64,000 bases of DNA from Basidiobolus meristosporus CBS 931.73 (Eukaryota > Fungi > Basidiobolomycota). Shown piece after piece: positions 13,468 through 26,714 of this stretch. Numbering within the stretch: position 1 is the stretch's first letter; every line of letters begins with the position of its first letter. The notes below the pieces were generated by a model. That model was not told the DNA's origin, searched no databases, and saw only the letters and a list, made by a program, of their open reading frames with translations. The stretch lies in assembly GCA_002104905.1 (NCBI GenBank), contig MCFE01000063.1:128078-192077 (forward strand), written 5' to 3'. A program made the position numbers and the translations under genes.

Positions 13468-14066
13468 TGAAACCGTTATTCAGATGCTTGCTATGGAATT
13501 GGTGGACGCGATACAAGAAACATCGAGTTAACATACGACTCTAGCTTTTATAATTCTGGCCTACCGGTCCAAGCATAATCGTAATTATGGCTCAGCAAGT
13601 CACAATGATTGGAACAAATATAATCCGAACAATCTGAGCGTAAGCTTAGAAATTTATGGGAAATTCGTGGCTGCCATATTAAGCAAATTCCGATGGGCTA
13701 GGAGTTCAGCAGCTTCTAGTACTTGGTGTGGAGAATGACATCACATTATGAGCTTTTCACAATGCTGAATATAGAGCCAATGGTTTATCCGATGATTCTA
13801 CAAATAAGCGATCTGGCCTATTGTTGACAAAATACTGATGTTCGGGATTGAGAACGCCACGGTTACAATCCAGCAAAATATGAGCAGTTCATCATTACCA
13901 TTTTATAGTGGATACATGCTAACGAATTGGCAACGAATACAATGCATCCTGGTTTGAAGGTGTTGAGGTCAACATCAATGAAGGCTATTCCGGGATAGGT
14001 ATCAATAGGCGATGCCCAAATAACACATTTTTTGTTCCTTGCAAGGCTGGTTCAACAAAGGCACGT

Positions 14067-14790
14067 TTATATATGGCCTTTCTTGTTAGTCGAGAATAGC
14101 TTGCGAATTGCGAACACTTGAAATGAGGCTATGCCAACTATAAGTGCACACTCCAAGAGTGAATACCAGAAAACTCGGCTTTCGGTAGATCTCACAGTTG
14201 CAAAATTTCTATTTTCACGCGTGCGGAAATATTTCAGCAGATGATTAATGCTATACAAGGATCCTCCTATTCTAGTGATAGATTCTTCGGTTGGATTGGT
14301 GTGATGTTCTTCCAAAGCTTGCCTGTGAGGTAGTAGAGCCTTGGCTTCTTTCTCAACACTTATATTGAAATCAACCAATTTCTCAGCAAAAGTGGACATC
14401 CCATTACTAAAGCAGAAGGTGTATTCCCCAACTTCGTTGCCAGTGAATAACATGTCAACCTGACGCTCTTTTTCACCCTTTGCGATTATACGTGATCTAG
14501 GATCTGTAATCTCATAATCAATATCAAAATTCCCACCAGTTTGTACCTAAAGAAACAGTGGCTTAGTTTAACTTGGATCCGGACAGTACAAGAGTATAGC
14601 AGATATATGAATAGCTTACAGCAAAGTAGAAATACACCTTCTTCCCTTGCTCATCAACCCAAGCAAAAAAGCAGGACCTATCGTTGGCTGGTACCCAATA
14701 AGTCAACGATGTTCCTTCCGCTGTATATGTTGACAATAACAGAGTGATATAGGCTGTCAGTTGAGTTACAAGAGCGATGAAACACTTCAT
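14067..14790 (-). CDS. p24/emp24-gp25L (TMED) cargo receptor, 2 exons
   Basis: Signal peptide; GOLD domain (CFFAW...FYFAV/GGNFDIDY...GEYTFCFSNGMSTFAEKLVDF); coiled coil RTRENRNFATVRSTESRV; C-terminal TM and short tail. Confidence 0.92.
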
Positions 14791-15316
14791 GGTATAGAAG
14801 GCTTGTAGATAATACTCAATTGGCAGTTTTACTCACACCCTATGGTTAAAATACGATAGTGAAACCAAGAATTGGTGTATTTGCCAAACACCAACATCCA
14901 CAACGAGCGAAGTGCTCGCAGTTCTTACATGTACACATAGGATTGGTTCATTCCTCCAGGCATGTGAATATTACAAAGTCATCAACCATCGGCATATAAG
15001 GCTCTGATCAGGCTATGTGCAAGAAATATTGGATGCTGGCTGCAGCAACGAAATTCATATTCAAGCCATGGCAGCCAGTGTAATTAATATCTACATGATA
15101 TAAGGAGAAAATCTGTATTCAGCTCCTTGCATTTTATCGGGGTCTAGCAGGAGTGTGGTTAATACAGTGTACCACCTACCTATTCATATTTCCATTATCG
15201 AAGACAGGTTACCGGGGACACAGCATGGAATCATCAAGGTTGGATGAATTAATGATGTTTATTCTACTATGAGGCTAGCCATTTGAAGAATATGAATGAT
15301 AACTTGGTGCTAATGA

Positions 15317-15910
15317 TTATTCAACTTTACGCCAACAATCTACATTGAACGAGAATTCCTCAGATATTGAGCGGGCAAATCTAGCGAAGAATGAGTCTTT
15401 TAAGAATCCCCAAACATATGGATTCCTCTTGGAGACTCCATAGGCGGTGCGTTCTTCTATTAGGCAGCCGCTTTGTGTTTGACTACTTTCAAACGCCTCG
15501 CAAGAAAAGTCTCTTGATTGTGATAATCTCCATAAATGTGCACCTTCACCACCAATTCTCCCCCATTGTTGTTTGCAGAGCGTAGCGTTCCCTTCTTTTG
15601 GATATTTCTCCATGACGAAAGGGCAGGTCGTAAGCATACAATGGCGAAATTGTTCTTCGCAGAGTAGTTTGGTTGCTCCGCAAGTTTCATAGCATTTGTC
15701 CTTGAGCTCACAACATGAAGAGTATAAGCCACCATAGGAAACGCGTATCTTGGTGCAGCCGGCTCCTTCTATATAGTCTGGTAATGTTTTCTGTGGGCAC
15801 AATAGTGGTGGAACTGAATTTATAGGCGGGCTCTGGTTCCATTGCGTGGAAACAAATTGAGGCTCACTTGCGCTTGCGAAGATTAAAATTAGTAGGCTTG
15901 ATAATAACAT
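15317..15910 (-). CDS. Secreted group XII phospholipase A2-like protein with catalytic His replaced by Lys, intronless
   Basis: Signal peptide MLLSSLLILIFASAS; Cys pattern GC...CCELKDKCYETCGATKLLCEEQFRHCMLTTC matches the group XII consensus CCxxHDxCYxTCGxxKxxCDxxFxxCL; C-terminal CEAFESSQTQSGC. Confidence 0.75.
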   Translation of the reverse strand: MLLSSLLILIFASASEPQFVSTQWNQSPPINSVPPLLCPQKTLPDYIEGAGCTKIRVSYGGLYSSCCELKDKCYETCGATKLLCEEQFRHCMLTTCPFVMEKYPKEGNATLCKQQWGRIGGEGAHLWRLSQSRDFSCEAFESSQTQSGCLIEERTAYGVSKRNPYVWGFLKDSFFARFARSISEEFSFNVDCWRKVE

Positions 15911-16938
15911 ATTTGCTCAACTCACAGAACTGACAATCAAAGGTTTTATACCCTTGGATCCTCACTTATCCATATGAAGTACAGTGTATAAGGTGTTATT
16001 CCCTTTACAAATCCATTTGGGTGCATGCGCTTGGAGCGGCAATGCCTACTGCAAATGTGCATAGATTGGGAAGGTACGTAATTCTATCCTGTGTTAAGCG
16101 GGGTGTGAAGATCCTCAGGTGCCAATAGTTACCCTTGAATATACATTCAGCACTGGAGAAAGATCAAATACCTGTGTAACCGAAAGTGGACTGGGATTTA
16201 CTTTGATTGTTGTATATGGAGTATATGCTAAGAGTATGGGGAGAACACGAGACGAAGCTTTTAAACAATAATTATGTGTCACGAGTGCTAATGAAATGAT
16301 GATTGAATACAAGGTTCGTGATGAACCCGTCGGGCTGTGATGTATGTGCATCAACTAGGTTACCGCTAATAAGGCCAAGCTACACTCCTATGTAGCTGTT
16401 GACTGTCTATCCCAGATTGATGTACCTCCTTGGCCTCCTCTCCATTCGACACTGTTTTCCATGTTCCTTCAATGCAAAGACCAAGCACGGACGGTGTGTG
16501 TCCGAATTCAATGCGAAGACCCTGTTATTTGATCGGCCTGCCTAGAAATAAGGGAGAGTGGTCGAGAGATTCATTGATGGATTGTCTGAGATTTGAGGAG
16601 CTTTGGGTTCGAAAAGGAGTGTGCGTGAAGCCTGATACTGCGGGCACCTATATCGATCGTGGCCAAGGGTATTTGCATAGGAACACAAGGCCACTTGAAC
16701 TATGATAGATCCAAGGATGGTGCTAACAACTTCAACATGTACCTACCACGTCTATATGTTTAGCACATTGCGTTCAATTTGGTCAGACTGGAATGGAAAA
16801 TCGACAAAACTCCAGAACTCGATATTATCGACATCCATATTCCGATAATTAAAGTACACCGACGTCACTAGTAAAAAAAACTAGATACTATAAATTTAAT
16901 TAGGCCGCATAACACCTGTAGCTTTGAACTCTCAAGCA

Positions 16939-18068
16939 ATGTCTCTTCTATCACGTGTTATTCGACGCATGGAGCGTATTGCTCCGCTTTCTTTAGCCGA
17001 CACCACCTGGGATAATGTCGGGCTTCTCATTGGTATTTTCTGCAGTCTTTGCATTGGAACCGGAATCGATTAATGAGATAAATTCTTGTAGAGGCGCCGT
17101 TTCCTCGCCAGGCTGCAAATCGTATATTTCTTACCATTGATCTGACTACCCAAGTACTCGAGGAAGCTATTAAAGACGAAAAAGTTGGAGTAATCATTGC
17201 CTATCATCCACCAATCTTCCGTGGCATGAAGCGTCTCAACATGTCCGATGTTAAGCAAGCCATTGCTTTAAAATGTGCTGCCAGTGGAATTTCGGTTTAT
17301 TCTCCACATTCTGCTTTGGATTCTTGTGAAGATGGAGGTATTGCTCAAACAATAATTTTCTCGAACTAGTATTAAATCACTTGCATAGTCAATGATTGGA
17401 TGAGCCGCGCACTCGGAGAAGGCTCTGTCAAACCCATTACCCCACTAAAGGAGATCCCTCAAGGTATTCCTCATTTATCGAGTTGCAAGACATGTTTCTC
17501 TAACCAATTAAATGAACCATAGATCAACCAGAAGCTGGTGTTGGCCGTCTCTTCACTTTGGATCAGCCAGCCTCTCTATCTACTCTTGTAGAGCGAATCA
17601 AGAAACATCTTAACATTGAACATGTTCGTGTGGCCACTTCTGCCAAGCATTGCAAGCAAAATGATCAGTATCCACAGAATATTAAAACCATCGCCATCTG
17701 TGCTGGTTCTGGTAAGCGTCTAACAAATTACAACAGATATATTCGTCGATGATTTAATTATGAATTAGGCTCTTCTGTTTTATTCCCGGCTAAGGCGGAC
17801 TTATATTTCACTGGTGAAATGTCACATCATGAGGTTTTGGCATGTGTCGAGGATAACACCAGTGTGGTTTTATGTGAGTATTCTGAGCTTCACAACATCC
17901 TGAATCTATAGACTTAATTGATTTCAAATAGGCGAGCATACCAATACCGAGCGTGGTTACTTGAGTAATGTACTTAAGCCCAGACTAGAGAAACTCTTTT
18001 CTGATGAAGACATCCAAGTCGAAATAGTAGTTAGCCAGGTCGATGCAGATCCTTTGAAAGTCATGTAG
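16939..18068 (+). CDS. NIF3: NIF3-like protein (GTP cyclohydrolase 1 type 2 homolog), 6 exons
   Basis: WDNVGLL, IFLTIDLT, IIAYHPPIF, VYSPHSALD, IAICAGSG, YFTGEMSHHE, EHTNTERGYL recovered by splicing at GT-AG sites. Confidence 0.95.
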
Positions 18069-18452
18069 ATTAGGTGGGCATTTGCTTTCCATCTACCCTT
18101 CTCCAAAATTGACTCGATAAATATGGCGTCATTTGTTTTATGGCTGCTCCTCGAAATGAAGTTTAATCTAGTACCAATTTAGTTGTAGTATAATTGCAAA
18201 TTGATCATCGGGTCAATCTCAAAACTTGAATGTAGATTTATTAGTTGAAACGCGTGTATATTCCAAGTGGTATTCATTTCGACATATTGCAACAATACCA
18301 ATCCTAGAAATCCTTGGATGAATGCTCATGCTATGAAGGCTAGAAATATTATCAGTCCAATTTAGGGTATATTCGATCCCCAGATAAACGGACTTGTCCA
18401 CGCTACCACTCAACAACTATAGTTTCCATTCTACTCGAAGATTGTTTAATGG

Positions 18453-20436
18453 ATGGATCGTTACGATTTCTTATTTCTGTCTCTGGTGATTCTTCATTTG
18501 TATATAGCTCCATTCACAAAGGTGGAAGAGAGTTTCAATCTGCAAGCAACCCATGACATATTATCTCACGGCGTGTTTACTCTGGAAAAAGTAAGCGTAG
18601 AATGCACCTTACGGCTGTTCTATTACTAAACTAAATGTCGCTATAGTACGATCACTTCGAATTTCCAGGAGTTGTCCCTCGAACATTTCTGGGTCCTGCT
18701 GTCCTCGCAACATTAGCATACCCCTTCAAATTCCTTCTTCAACTATTTTATGGTGATGAGCCAATGAGCAAGTTTTGGCTCCAGTACATAGGTCAGATTG
18801 AATATTTCGTTTTGTGTTTTCTGTGCGAAATTGATATCTAATTTCAAAAATAGTTCGAGCTTGCCTTGGAGGTCTAAATGTAATAGCAATGTCGAGATTT
18901 CGCAGTTCCATAGAAAAGAGCTTCGGTGTGGAGGTCAGCATTGCCTCAGCGTTATTTAATATGGTCCAATTCCATGGAATATTTTGGATTTCTCGCACTC
19001 TGCCGAACATGTTTGCCTATTACTTTGGTAAGGGTTCATTTGAACAACAAAATTCTACAACTGAACTAACCGATATTTTTAAACAGTTCTAATTGCGTTC
19101 CACTTCTGGCTGAAAGAGGATCATTCTAGTCGAATGAAAATGATAGGGTGGTTAACGTTCGGGCTGGTAATATTTCGGTTTGAACTAGTACTGCTATTGG
19201 GCCCAATAGTGCTATTAGAGCTATACAGAAGGGAAATAGGCTTTTGGGAGACTATACAGCAGGGACTCCTTTGTGGCTTAACAGGCTTAGGTAACTAGTG
19301 CTTTATTTCTCGAACTCTTGAAATACACTAAAGGATTATGATCAGCCCTTTCCTTGGTAGTTGACAGCTACTTCTGGAATCAACTAGGGATGTATCCTGA
19401 GGGTTATGTGTTCTGGTTTAATGCAGTATTAGGCAAAAGTTCCGAGTGGGGAGTACGTATTTGTTTGTACATATAGCTATGGTACATTAATAATTAACGA
19501 TCCTCGTAAGGTTTCTCCATTCCATACATATTTTACCGGCTTCCTACCAAAATTGCTCTTAGCAGCTGCACCGCTAGCTCTATATGGAAGCATTGTAGAT
19601 AGACGATTGTTACGCTATCTCATTCCAATGGTTTCCTTTATCGTTAGCTTTTCGTTTCTCGGACATAAAGAGTGGAGGTTCATCATTTATTGTGTGCCGA
19701 TATTCAACATGGCTGCCGGAGTAGGGCTTGTCAGACTGTAAAAATATTATACAGACTACATTCTATATTTTCCAGTATCAACACTAACCTTTCTTCACAC
19801 GGGATTTAGCTATCGAACAGCTAGTAAATCCCAAGTATTCAAGCTGTTTCACAGAATTGCAGTGTTTTCACTGCTTTTGAGTTTTATAATTTCTACTTCG
19901 ATGCTTCTGATATCTAGTCAGAACTATCCAGGAGGAGTAGGATTACTTAGAATACACGAGCTCGAATTTCCACAAGATAATGGTACGATATGATAGATGT
20001 AGTATCCACCCTCAATTAACATCTCTTATGCAGTGTACTTACACATTGATACCTATGCTGCAACCACCGGCGCATCACGCTTTGGAGAGTTAAATGCAAA
20101 TTGGAGGTAAAGAATTGTTCAAAGGTTTTCAATTGTCCCATCTCTAAACCCTGTGTGCTATTTAGATATTCGAAAAATGAGACTCATCTTTCCCCACAAG
20201 AATACCGGGAGTACACTCATCTACTTACTGAACAGCCAGCCTTTCATGAAAAGGACTTTGAAATCCTTGAGCCAGTAATCGCATTTGACAAAATTGAGAT
20301 CCGCTCTTTGAAGAACGCTCTTCCCAAACTACGAACAGCCCGAACTCTCACTCAAATCCGATCAGGGCTCCCATTACAGGCTAGGTTTTCTCCCAAATTG
20401 TGGATTATGAAAAGAAAAGATTTACCCCAAGCCTGA
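18453..20436 (+). CDS. ALG12: Dol-P-Man alpha-1,6-mannosyltransferase Alg12, multi-exon
   Basis: [84 protein letters not shown]. Confidence 0.95.
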
Positions 20437-20511
20437 GAATAAACCGTAACTCGTTGCGAAAGTTCGCGAATATTTATTGTTTCCAAGCTATATGTGAGCA
20501 TAAAATTGGTA

Positions 20512-22014
20512 TTATGGGGATTGCTTCTTTTCGAATTCCTCAAAGGCAAACTCTACTGCCTCGAGCAGATTTTCCGAGATAGTTTTGGGAACAATTCCGC
20601 TCAGGTTATCCGATTCTGTTTGGAAGATACCAGTCTTTACTAGAACTGAGTGCCATCCTGCACGATTTGCTCCATCGATATCTACATTGAGGAACCTGTG
20701 AGTAATCAGTTCAAAAGATATCTTCATATCTAGCTATCGACATCACCTGAAGCAGGGTTGTCACCAACACCGTAGACTGTATTGATTACGGAGGTCTCAT
20801 CAATGCGAGCTGAATGCCTCTTCAGCATGTCTTTAGCATAATCATAGGTAGGGACCTCGGGTTTACCATAGTGATGAACTTTGAAATGGCTTTCGAGCAT
20901 GCTCCCGCCATCCTTGGGAGTAGGAAGGGTGACACCAGCAGCTTTAGCAGCTTGGCACCCATGGTTCTTCCACCAACGTTCATATAATGACTCTAGACAT
21001 ACGCCCAAGGCACCGCCAGCAAATCTCGGAGAAGGATATATACTGCTATACGTGAAGTCACCATTGGTAAAGAAAAGGGCTAGGTCTTCACTTGGGCGTA
21101 GAGAGATATCGGTAGAGCTATGAGGTGGTGCTTTCTGGCCAATGCGAGAGTATGTGTGGGTGGTTAAGAGATCAAACATGATTTGTAAATCCATGCCCCT
21201 ATTCATCAAAAAACCTTTTATCAGCCACGAACAATATTCCTCGGAAATGTAGTCCAGTTACCAATCCCAACTATCATGGAAAGCCATGATAGCGCTAATT
21301 CGGTCTGTGTGACCAACGGTGCTGATGTTCGTCTGCAGAGAACAATGTTAGATTGCTCGTACACCATGAATGATGATTTGGCTACCGATCGTTACTTTGT
21401 TCACTTCTCTAGGGTGATGGAAAGGCTTGACATGTCGATTTAGCGCGTAGACATCTTCGGTGAGAAGCACTTTCTTGAAGCCATATCTATCAAGATTTGA
21501 GGATTATTTGGTGGGTTGATATTGTTCTCACGGGCAAGAATACTTACGAGTGAGCAACCTCTTTACAGGCATCTCTACCGATGACCAACACCGGCTCCTC
21601 TTCATATCTCCTGGACCAGGCCTTGAGAGGACTATGTGAAAGTATGATTTGCTCTTTAGTCACCTCAAAGCCTATTTTCGAAGCTAGGTCAGCCGCCTTT
21701 GCCTCCTCTGTCAAGCCACCGCCGTTGGTCAAAAAAACGTATGGGATCTTCCTATATCACCGTGAAACAGCGTTACGGGACTGCATAGCAACACTACAAC
21801 AAACCAGGAATGCATACTTGTTCCACTTGTTTTCGCCGTTCAACTTCTTCAAAGCCTCCACGGCCTCGGGGATCACACTATCGCCTTTAACAATCACGCC
21901 GTCGACGTCCAAAGCAAAGCCGAAGTCAGGCGACCGATGGGTGGATAAGCTACGAACGCAAACGGAGGCGACACGGTTTAATATGGGCAAACGTCTAGCG
22001 AGGAGTGCGCTCAT
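20512..22014 (-). CDS. HDHD5: HAD-superfamily IIA hydrolase, CECR5/HDHD5 type (likely mitochondrial)
   Basis: Presequence MSALLARRLPILNRVASVCVRSL; FALDVDGV (motif I), TNGGG, ILSHSP, YGKP, VGDNPASDI, W.SVLVKTGIF. Confidence 0.9.
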
Positions 22015-22684
22015 TGTTGACCTTCTAGCAAGTTAGTGGTACCAAGGACCGCGACAAAATGGGGGGAATCGCCGGCCAACGATTCTCATTAAATACCAGC
22101 TCCCATCGATTTTCGTCATACCATCACCATACCAATTGAGCGGTCGCATCCACTTCGAGATTTAATTCTCACTTAAATCAACCCTAAATTAATCTTCAGG
22201 ACCCGGGGAGAATCACGGCGCCGGATTGATTGGAGGATAGTGCATGCGGTGGCTTTGGTGTAGTGTGGTGGGCACCATTGGAGCTCGCTCAGATCTGGGC
22301 ATCATCTTCCAATTAATCGAAATGCCGAAACCCACTTCCTTGGAAAATTTTGCCTTGGTTCCTGCAACCTCCCAAGCAATCGCCGAAAATGCCCCAACGT
22401 GCCCTAATCGGTGCGGACGCTTCACGAAAATCGGTCTCAATATGCACCTATTAGGGCCAGGGAAGCACTATTTGTTAAGTGGCTGGCCAAACAATGTACA
22501 AGCATCGCCATCGATCGAATGGTGGCATGTGTGAGGCTCAACCTGATTCACGCATACTGCTGCGCGACTCCAGTCCTAGGGATTTCACACGCATCTGCCA
22601 GGCACCATCCAGCGGGGAATCCTGCGATGTCCACCTGCCCCAGGCGTGATCAAACCAGCAATCCCTGGGCCCTATACACGTTGA

Positions 22685-24712
22685 TTAACTTCGACTGCTA
22701 TTCACTTTATTGCTGAGAATAAATATACATAAAACATACAGGATTTATATGACATATATAAAAACGGAGCCTTACTCTTCCTTTTCTTTCTTGATAAATC
22801 GAAGTGGTGTTTTGACAAGATGGGAGGATCCGATGATGACTATCAATGCTAGGAGCAGGAACAGCTGCGCGATCCCAAGCCTCTTTTCGAAGAGCACCTA
22901 GGCCAAGAATCGGGTTAGCTTCAGCATTAATGGATCTGTGCGGGTGCCATTCACGTACCTCATCCGCAAGGATATGGACCTTCCTGGACAGCTCGTAGAT
23001 CTGCTTGTTGGTATGATCACGGTAGGCTTTCATTTCGTGGATCGACGTCTGCCATACGAACTCGTACGTGTTACGCTGATCAATGGAAAACGTTATTGCC
23101 TGGGCAAAATGTACGAGGTAATCAGATGGGTGGACTTGCCAGGATGTTCAGCTGTGCCAGGGCGGTTTCGTTCAGGTTGTTCAGCGCAGACCATATCTGT
23201 CGTTTCTGAGAATGCTCGATCTTGGAAAAGATCTCGTTGATCACTCGGCTTTGTTCCTCGAGGTATTTGTAGGACAGCGTGACGTTTTGCTCCAGGACTG
23301 AGAGCTTCTTCATGATGGTCTTGAAGATACTCTCCTGTGTGCCGGCCGAAGGCACGATGTAAGGGTAGCCATTCTCGTCATGCTTTGGGTTCGAAGAAGT
23401 AGCGGTTTCCGGGATCGATCTGGTGGTAAAGGTTGAGTCCATCTGAACATGTGTGGCAGCACATTCTCTGTCCATAGGCTCGATGATGTCCGCGAATTTG
23501 ATTGCAGTGGAGCAGACGCTCGGCTGCACCAGGGTCGGAAGTGGGCTGACGGGGGTTGTGGGATCTGGCTTCGCCTGGGATGGTTGCCTCGGCTTCACGG
23601 AAGCAGCGGTCTCCTTCGGATATGATGACGGGGCGTTTTCCTCGACGAAATTTGATAATGTGGGTATTACTATCTTGGGGAATGATAGATTGATGGTGGA
23701 GTCGGATGGCGCGCCGGATGCCACGGATTCGGGCAAAGGCGTGGACGATTCCTCTGACAAAAGCTCATCCTCTTCTCGCTTGTATTCCTCCATCATTGTT
23801 GTCCCGTGCACACGGAATAAACTCAGAGGGCAGAAATATTCGTTTCCGTAATGAGATAGTATGTCGACTCGAATGTACCGTGTCCATATCAAGGGGTTGC
23901 TCACATGAAACACCTAGAAAAACGGGTTAGTGGGCTCTTTCACCATCATTTGAGCATGCGCGGCTAGTAGTTACCTGCACATCGCGCACATTTTGTGCTT
24001 GATATTCCCCCAGTACTTTCCATCCGGAGGATGCTTTTGGTGGATACCGATCACTCACTGACACTCTAAAATCTTTGAACATTGATGAAAAAAACTCGTA
24101 GTTTGCAAGCGCCACAGTATCTACGAGGATATCGTCACAGAGCTCAACTACAAAATATTTCTCAGCTTTGCATTTGTTTAGCATATACTGATCCTTGCTC
24201 TCGCTTAAGATAGCGCTGGCGCCCTTCGCTTCCGGATTGGAGGTGAAAAGAGCTGCGCAGATGTACGAGGCATAATTGAAACGTTCCTTCGAGGATTTGG
24301 CAGTCATTTCAGGGATATAAAGTGTCCTTTGATATTTGTTTTCCTCGGTGGAGGGTGTTGGAAACGGGACATCTTCCTGATGTTGCTGTTGGTATGGATA
24401 CTTCAGTTGCTCTTCGTAAACTGGTGGTGGTTGTTCATCGCCTTCGCCTAGCTCATCCCCAAGATAAGGCTCGGAAAAAGTGTTTGAGCGGATCCTGGGC
24501 CTTGCTCTTGGTGCAGAATCTAGAGATTGGCCTTCCCTCTCCAAAGTGATTTTCCGCCACTCCTCAAAAGGCATCAGATGAGATTGAGGGAATACCTGAG
24601 GGTCTTGGCTTTTCTGCGAGGTATAAAGTGAATTGTGAGCATCGGATTGAGGTGGGAGTGCCAACATGCAAGCCCATGCTAAAGTTAGGGAGCCTAGGTA
24701 TTCGCACTTCAT
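22685..24712 (-). CDS. SLP1: SUN-like ER/nuclear envelope protein Slp1 (SUCO/osteopotentia homolog)
   Basis: RFNYAS, KDQYMLNKC, VELCDDILV, ANYEFFSS.FKDF, YIRVDILSHYGNEYFCPLSLFRVHGTTMMEEY, QESIFKTIMKKL coiled coil, C-terminal TM (LGIAQLFLLLALIVII). The 3' end is approximate. Confidence 0.88.
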
Positions 24713-25754
24713 TCGATTGAAAGAAGGGTAAAATACAACCAACTTCGGAAGTGAATTATGGAATCAACCTTTTAATCGTCACATCATACCTGATGTCCAC
24801 TCTCATCCCTTTAAGATTTGTCAGATTCCAATTGATGGCTGATTTGACAGAGCTTAAACTTAATCACGTTGTTATCATCTGGGCAGAACAATTTCTACTG
24901 TCAAAAATCAAGCATCTTGATTGGCTCAGATAGTGCATTAAAAACGAGCTGAAGGTCTATCCATAGCGTCGATTGATTATGCTAAGCAACTGCTGGTTTA
25001 GAAAGCACGGAGTGAATTGGCAGGTAAATGGGCTATAACGTGGATAACCATCACAAAACTCGGGTACCCCATCATGGTCCTCGGGAATCCTGTATGGGCA
25101 ATATGATATCGGCGACATACCATACGACCACATGTCTATCTTTGCTTAACGGCCTTCAAGCAAGCGGATGCACGAAATCAAGCTTCCTTAGGTCACTGAT
25201 ATTTCTTCTGAATTGGACCAAGTGGAAATGGCCGAGCCACTCTTTAAGCTCGTATCACTCTAAACCTCCATCAAACGTATTGTGCAATCATTTGTGAAAT
25301 CCATCCCTGTAACGCCCGAGTTCAAAACAAGAAAAACTGGCCTGGCAAAGGCTCGAAGGTGTCCCCGAGTAAACGAAAGGCTACGTAATCTCCAGGCTCT
25401 ATTTTGTTCATACCCTGTTGTGCCAAAATTAGGGAGATTACTATGGTTTCCGGCTGCATTGGACGATCATTGGCGTCTATATATATATGCAGGCCTAATT
25501 ATATCAGAATCCGCATCAGAGTGTGTATCGTGACACCGCAGCTCAATGATGCATGGCCCTTGCCTTCAGGCTCTCAACACACTCGAGATTCAGGTTCATG
25601 GCTGCACCGTCCAAGTGAATTTTGGGATATCGACTGTGAATTACATACATAATTTATTAAAATCCAAGTGAAATATGACGTACGAAAACTCTAAATTCCA
25701 GCCAAATGACTTTGGACGAGTGATGCACAAGGAAGGCTGCCACCTCAAATATAC

Positions 25755-26714
25755 TCAAACCATTCTGGATTGGCTAAGGAACGAGCACCCAACCAGTGTG
25801 GCGAGAACCAGCGCCCAATGAGTCTCTCGCTTTGTTATGGAGCTGCCTGAGGTAAGTTGAACTGGATCACCAACACTGAACTGGATGTTTCTATAGAAAG
25901 TGTATGTGTCAATCGGTGTGGCATAGGATGCGTCGCCACCACCAAAAAATGTACTAAACAGAATATCATCGATTGCAATGGCACCAGTATTTCTGAAAAG
26001 TACATTGGGCATATCCAGCCATTCTTCACCATTTACATACAGTCGCAACACTCCGTTGCTCTTTCCAGGAGCGTTCAGCTGCACATACAATTGTAACTGG
26101 TTCCAAGTTCCAAGATTCAGACTTACCCCTTGGCCTAGAGAAACACCGTACTTCTCACGGCAGGTTGCTCGCGGGTTGGAACAGAGGTCTTTATCGTTGG
26201 GGATGTAGGCATATACCTCACCAACGCCCAGTTCTCTCCACATCAAACGGGCAGAGAAGCACTTGTCGCCATTGCTTGGTTCACCTCCGGTGCAGCCTTC
26301 CTTAGGATCGCCACCAAATATTCCAGGAAGCTTACCCCCTTTCTGCCAAGGGAAGTTGGAGGGAAACCCCACTTCGTAACTTAATAATACACGGTCGAAA
26401 TTCTGTCCAGCAAAGGGCTGTGCAAAAAACTCAACGCCGCCAGCCTGTGGAGACTTCTGTGGGCTATAGCTGTTTTTGGGATAAAACACGCTGTACACCT
26501 TTTGGGTGGTATTGGTTATCGGGTCTGTGACTATCTTTATATTCCCCAGGGTACTCTTGGTTGTTAGCACATAGTTCCAGTCACCACCCTTAGGATCGGA
26601 AGGGTCTGTGTTGAGAGAAGGTTGCCAAGTTGACTTCAAGCCAAGTGATTGTGCCAAGTCTTGTGCGCGCACAGTGAATGACCAAGCAGAAATGTAGAAT
26701 AGTAGTAAATACAT
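25755..26714 (-). CDS. Polysaccharide lyase family 14 (alginate/glucuronan lyase-like), secreted with hydrophobic C-terminus, intronless
   Basis: Signal peptide from ATG 26714; YPKNSYSP, GGVEF, YEVGF...KGGKLPGIFGG, FSARLMWR...GEVYAY, FSTFFGG; C-terminal HWALVLATLVGCSFL. Confidence 0.88.
   Translation of the reverse strand: MYLLLFYISAWSFTVRAQDLAQSLGLKSTWQPSLNTDPSDPKGGDWNYVLTTKSTLGNIKIVTDPITNTTQKVYSVFYPKNSYSPQKSPQAGGVEFFAQPFAGQNFDRVLLSYEVGFPSNFPWQKGGKLPGIFGGDPKEGCTGGEPSNGDKCFSARLMWRELGVGEVYAYIPNDKDLCSNPRATCREKYGVSLGQGVSLNLGTWNQLQLYVQLNAPGKSNGVLRLYVNGEEWLDMPNVLFRNTGAIAIDDILFSTFFGGGDASYATPIDTYTFYRNIQFSVGDPVQLTSGSSITKRETHWALVLATLVGCSFLSQSRMV

Noticed and set aside
22213-22680. GC-rich ORFs between the HDHD5 start and the SLP1 end
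   Set aside because: No motif; could be SLP1 3' UTR or an alternative exon, but no acceptor I tested extended the SLP1 frame convincingly.
24950-25700. Cluster of 80-90 aa ORFs between SLP1 and the PL14 gene
   Set aside because: Mutually overlapping, no homology recognised, consistent with chance.
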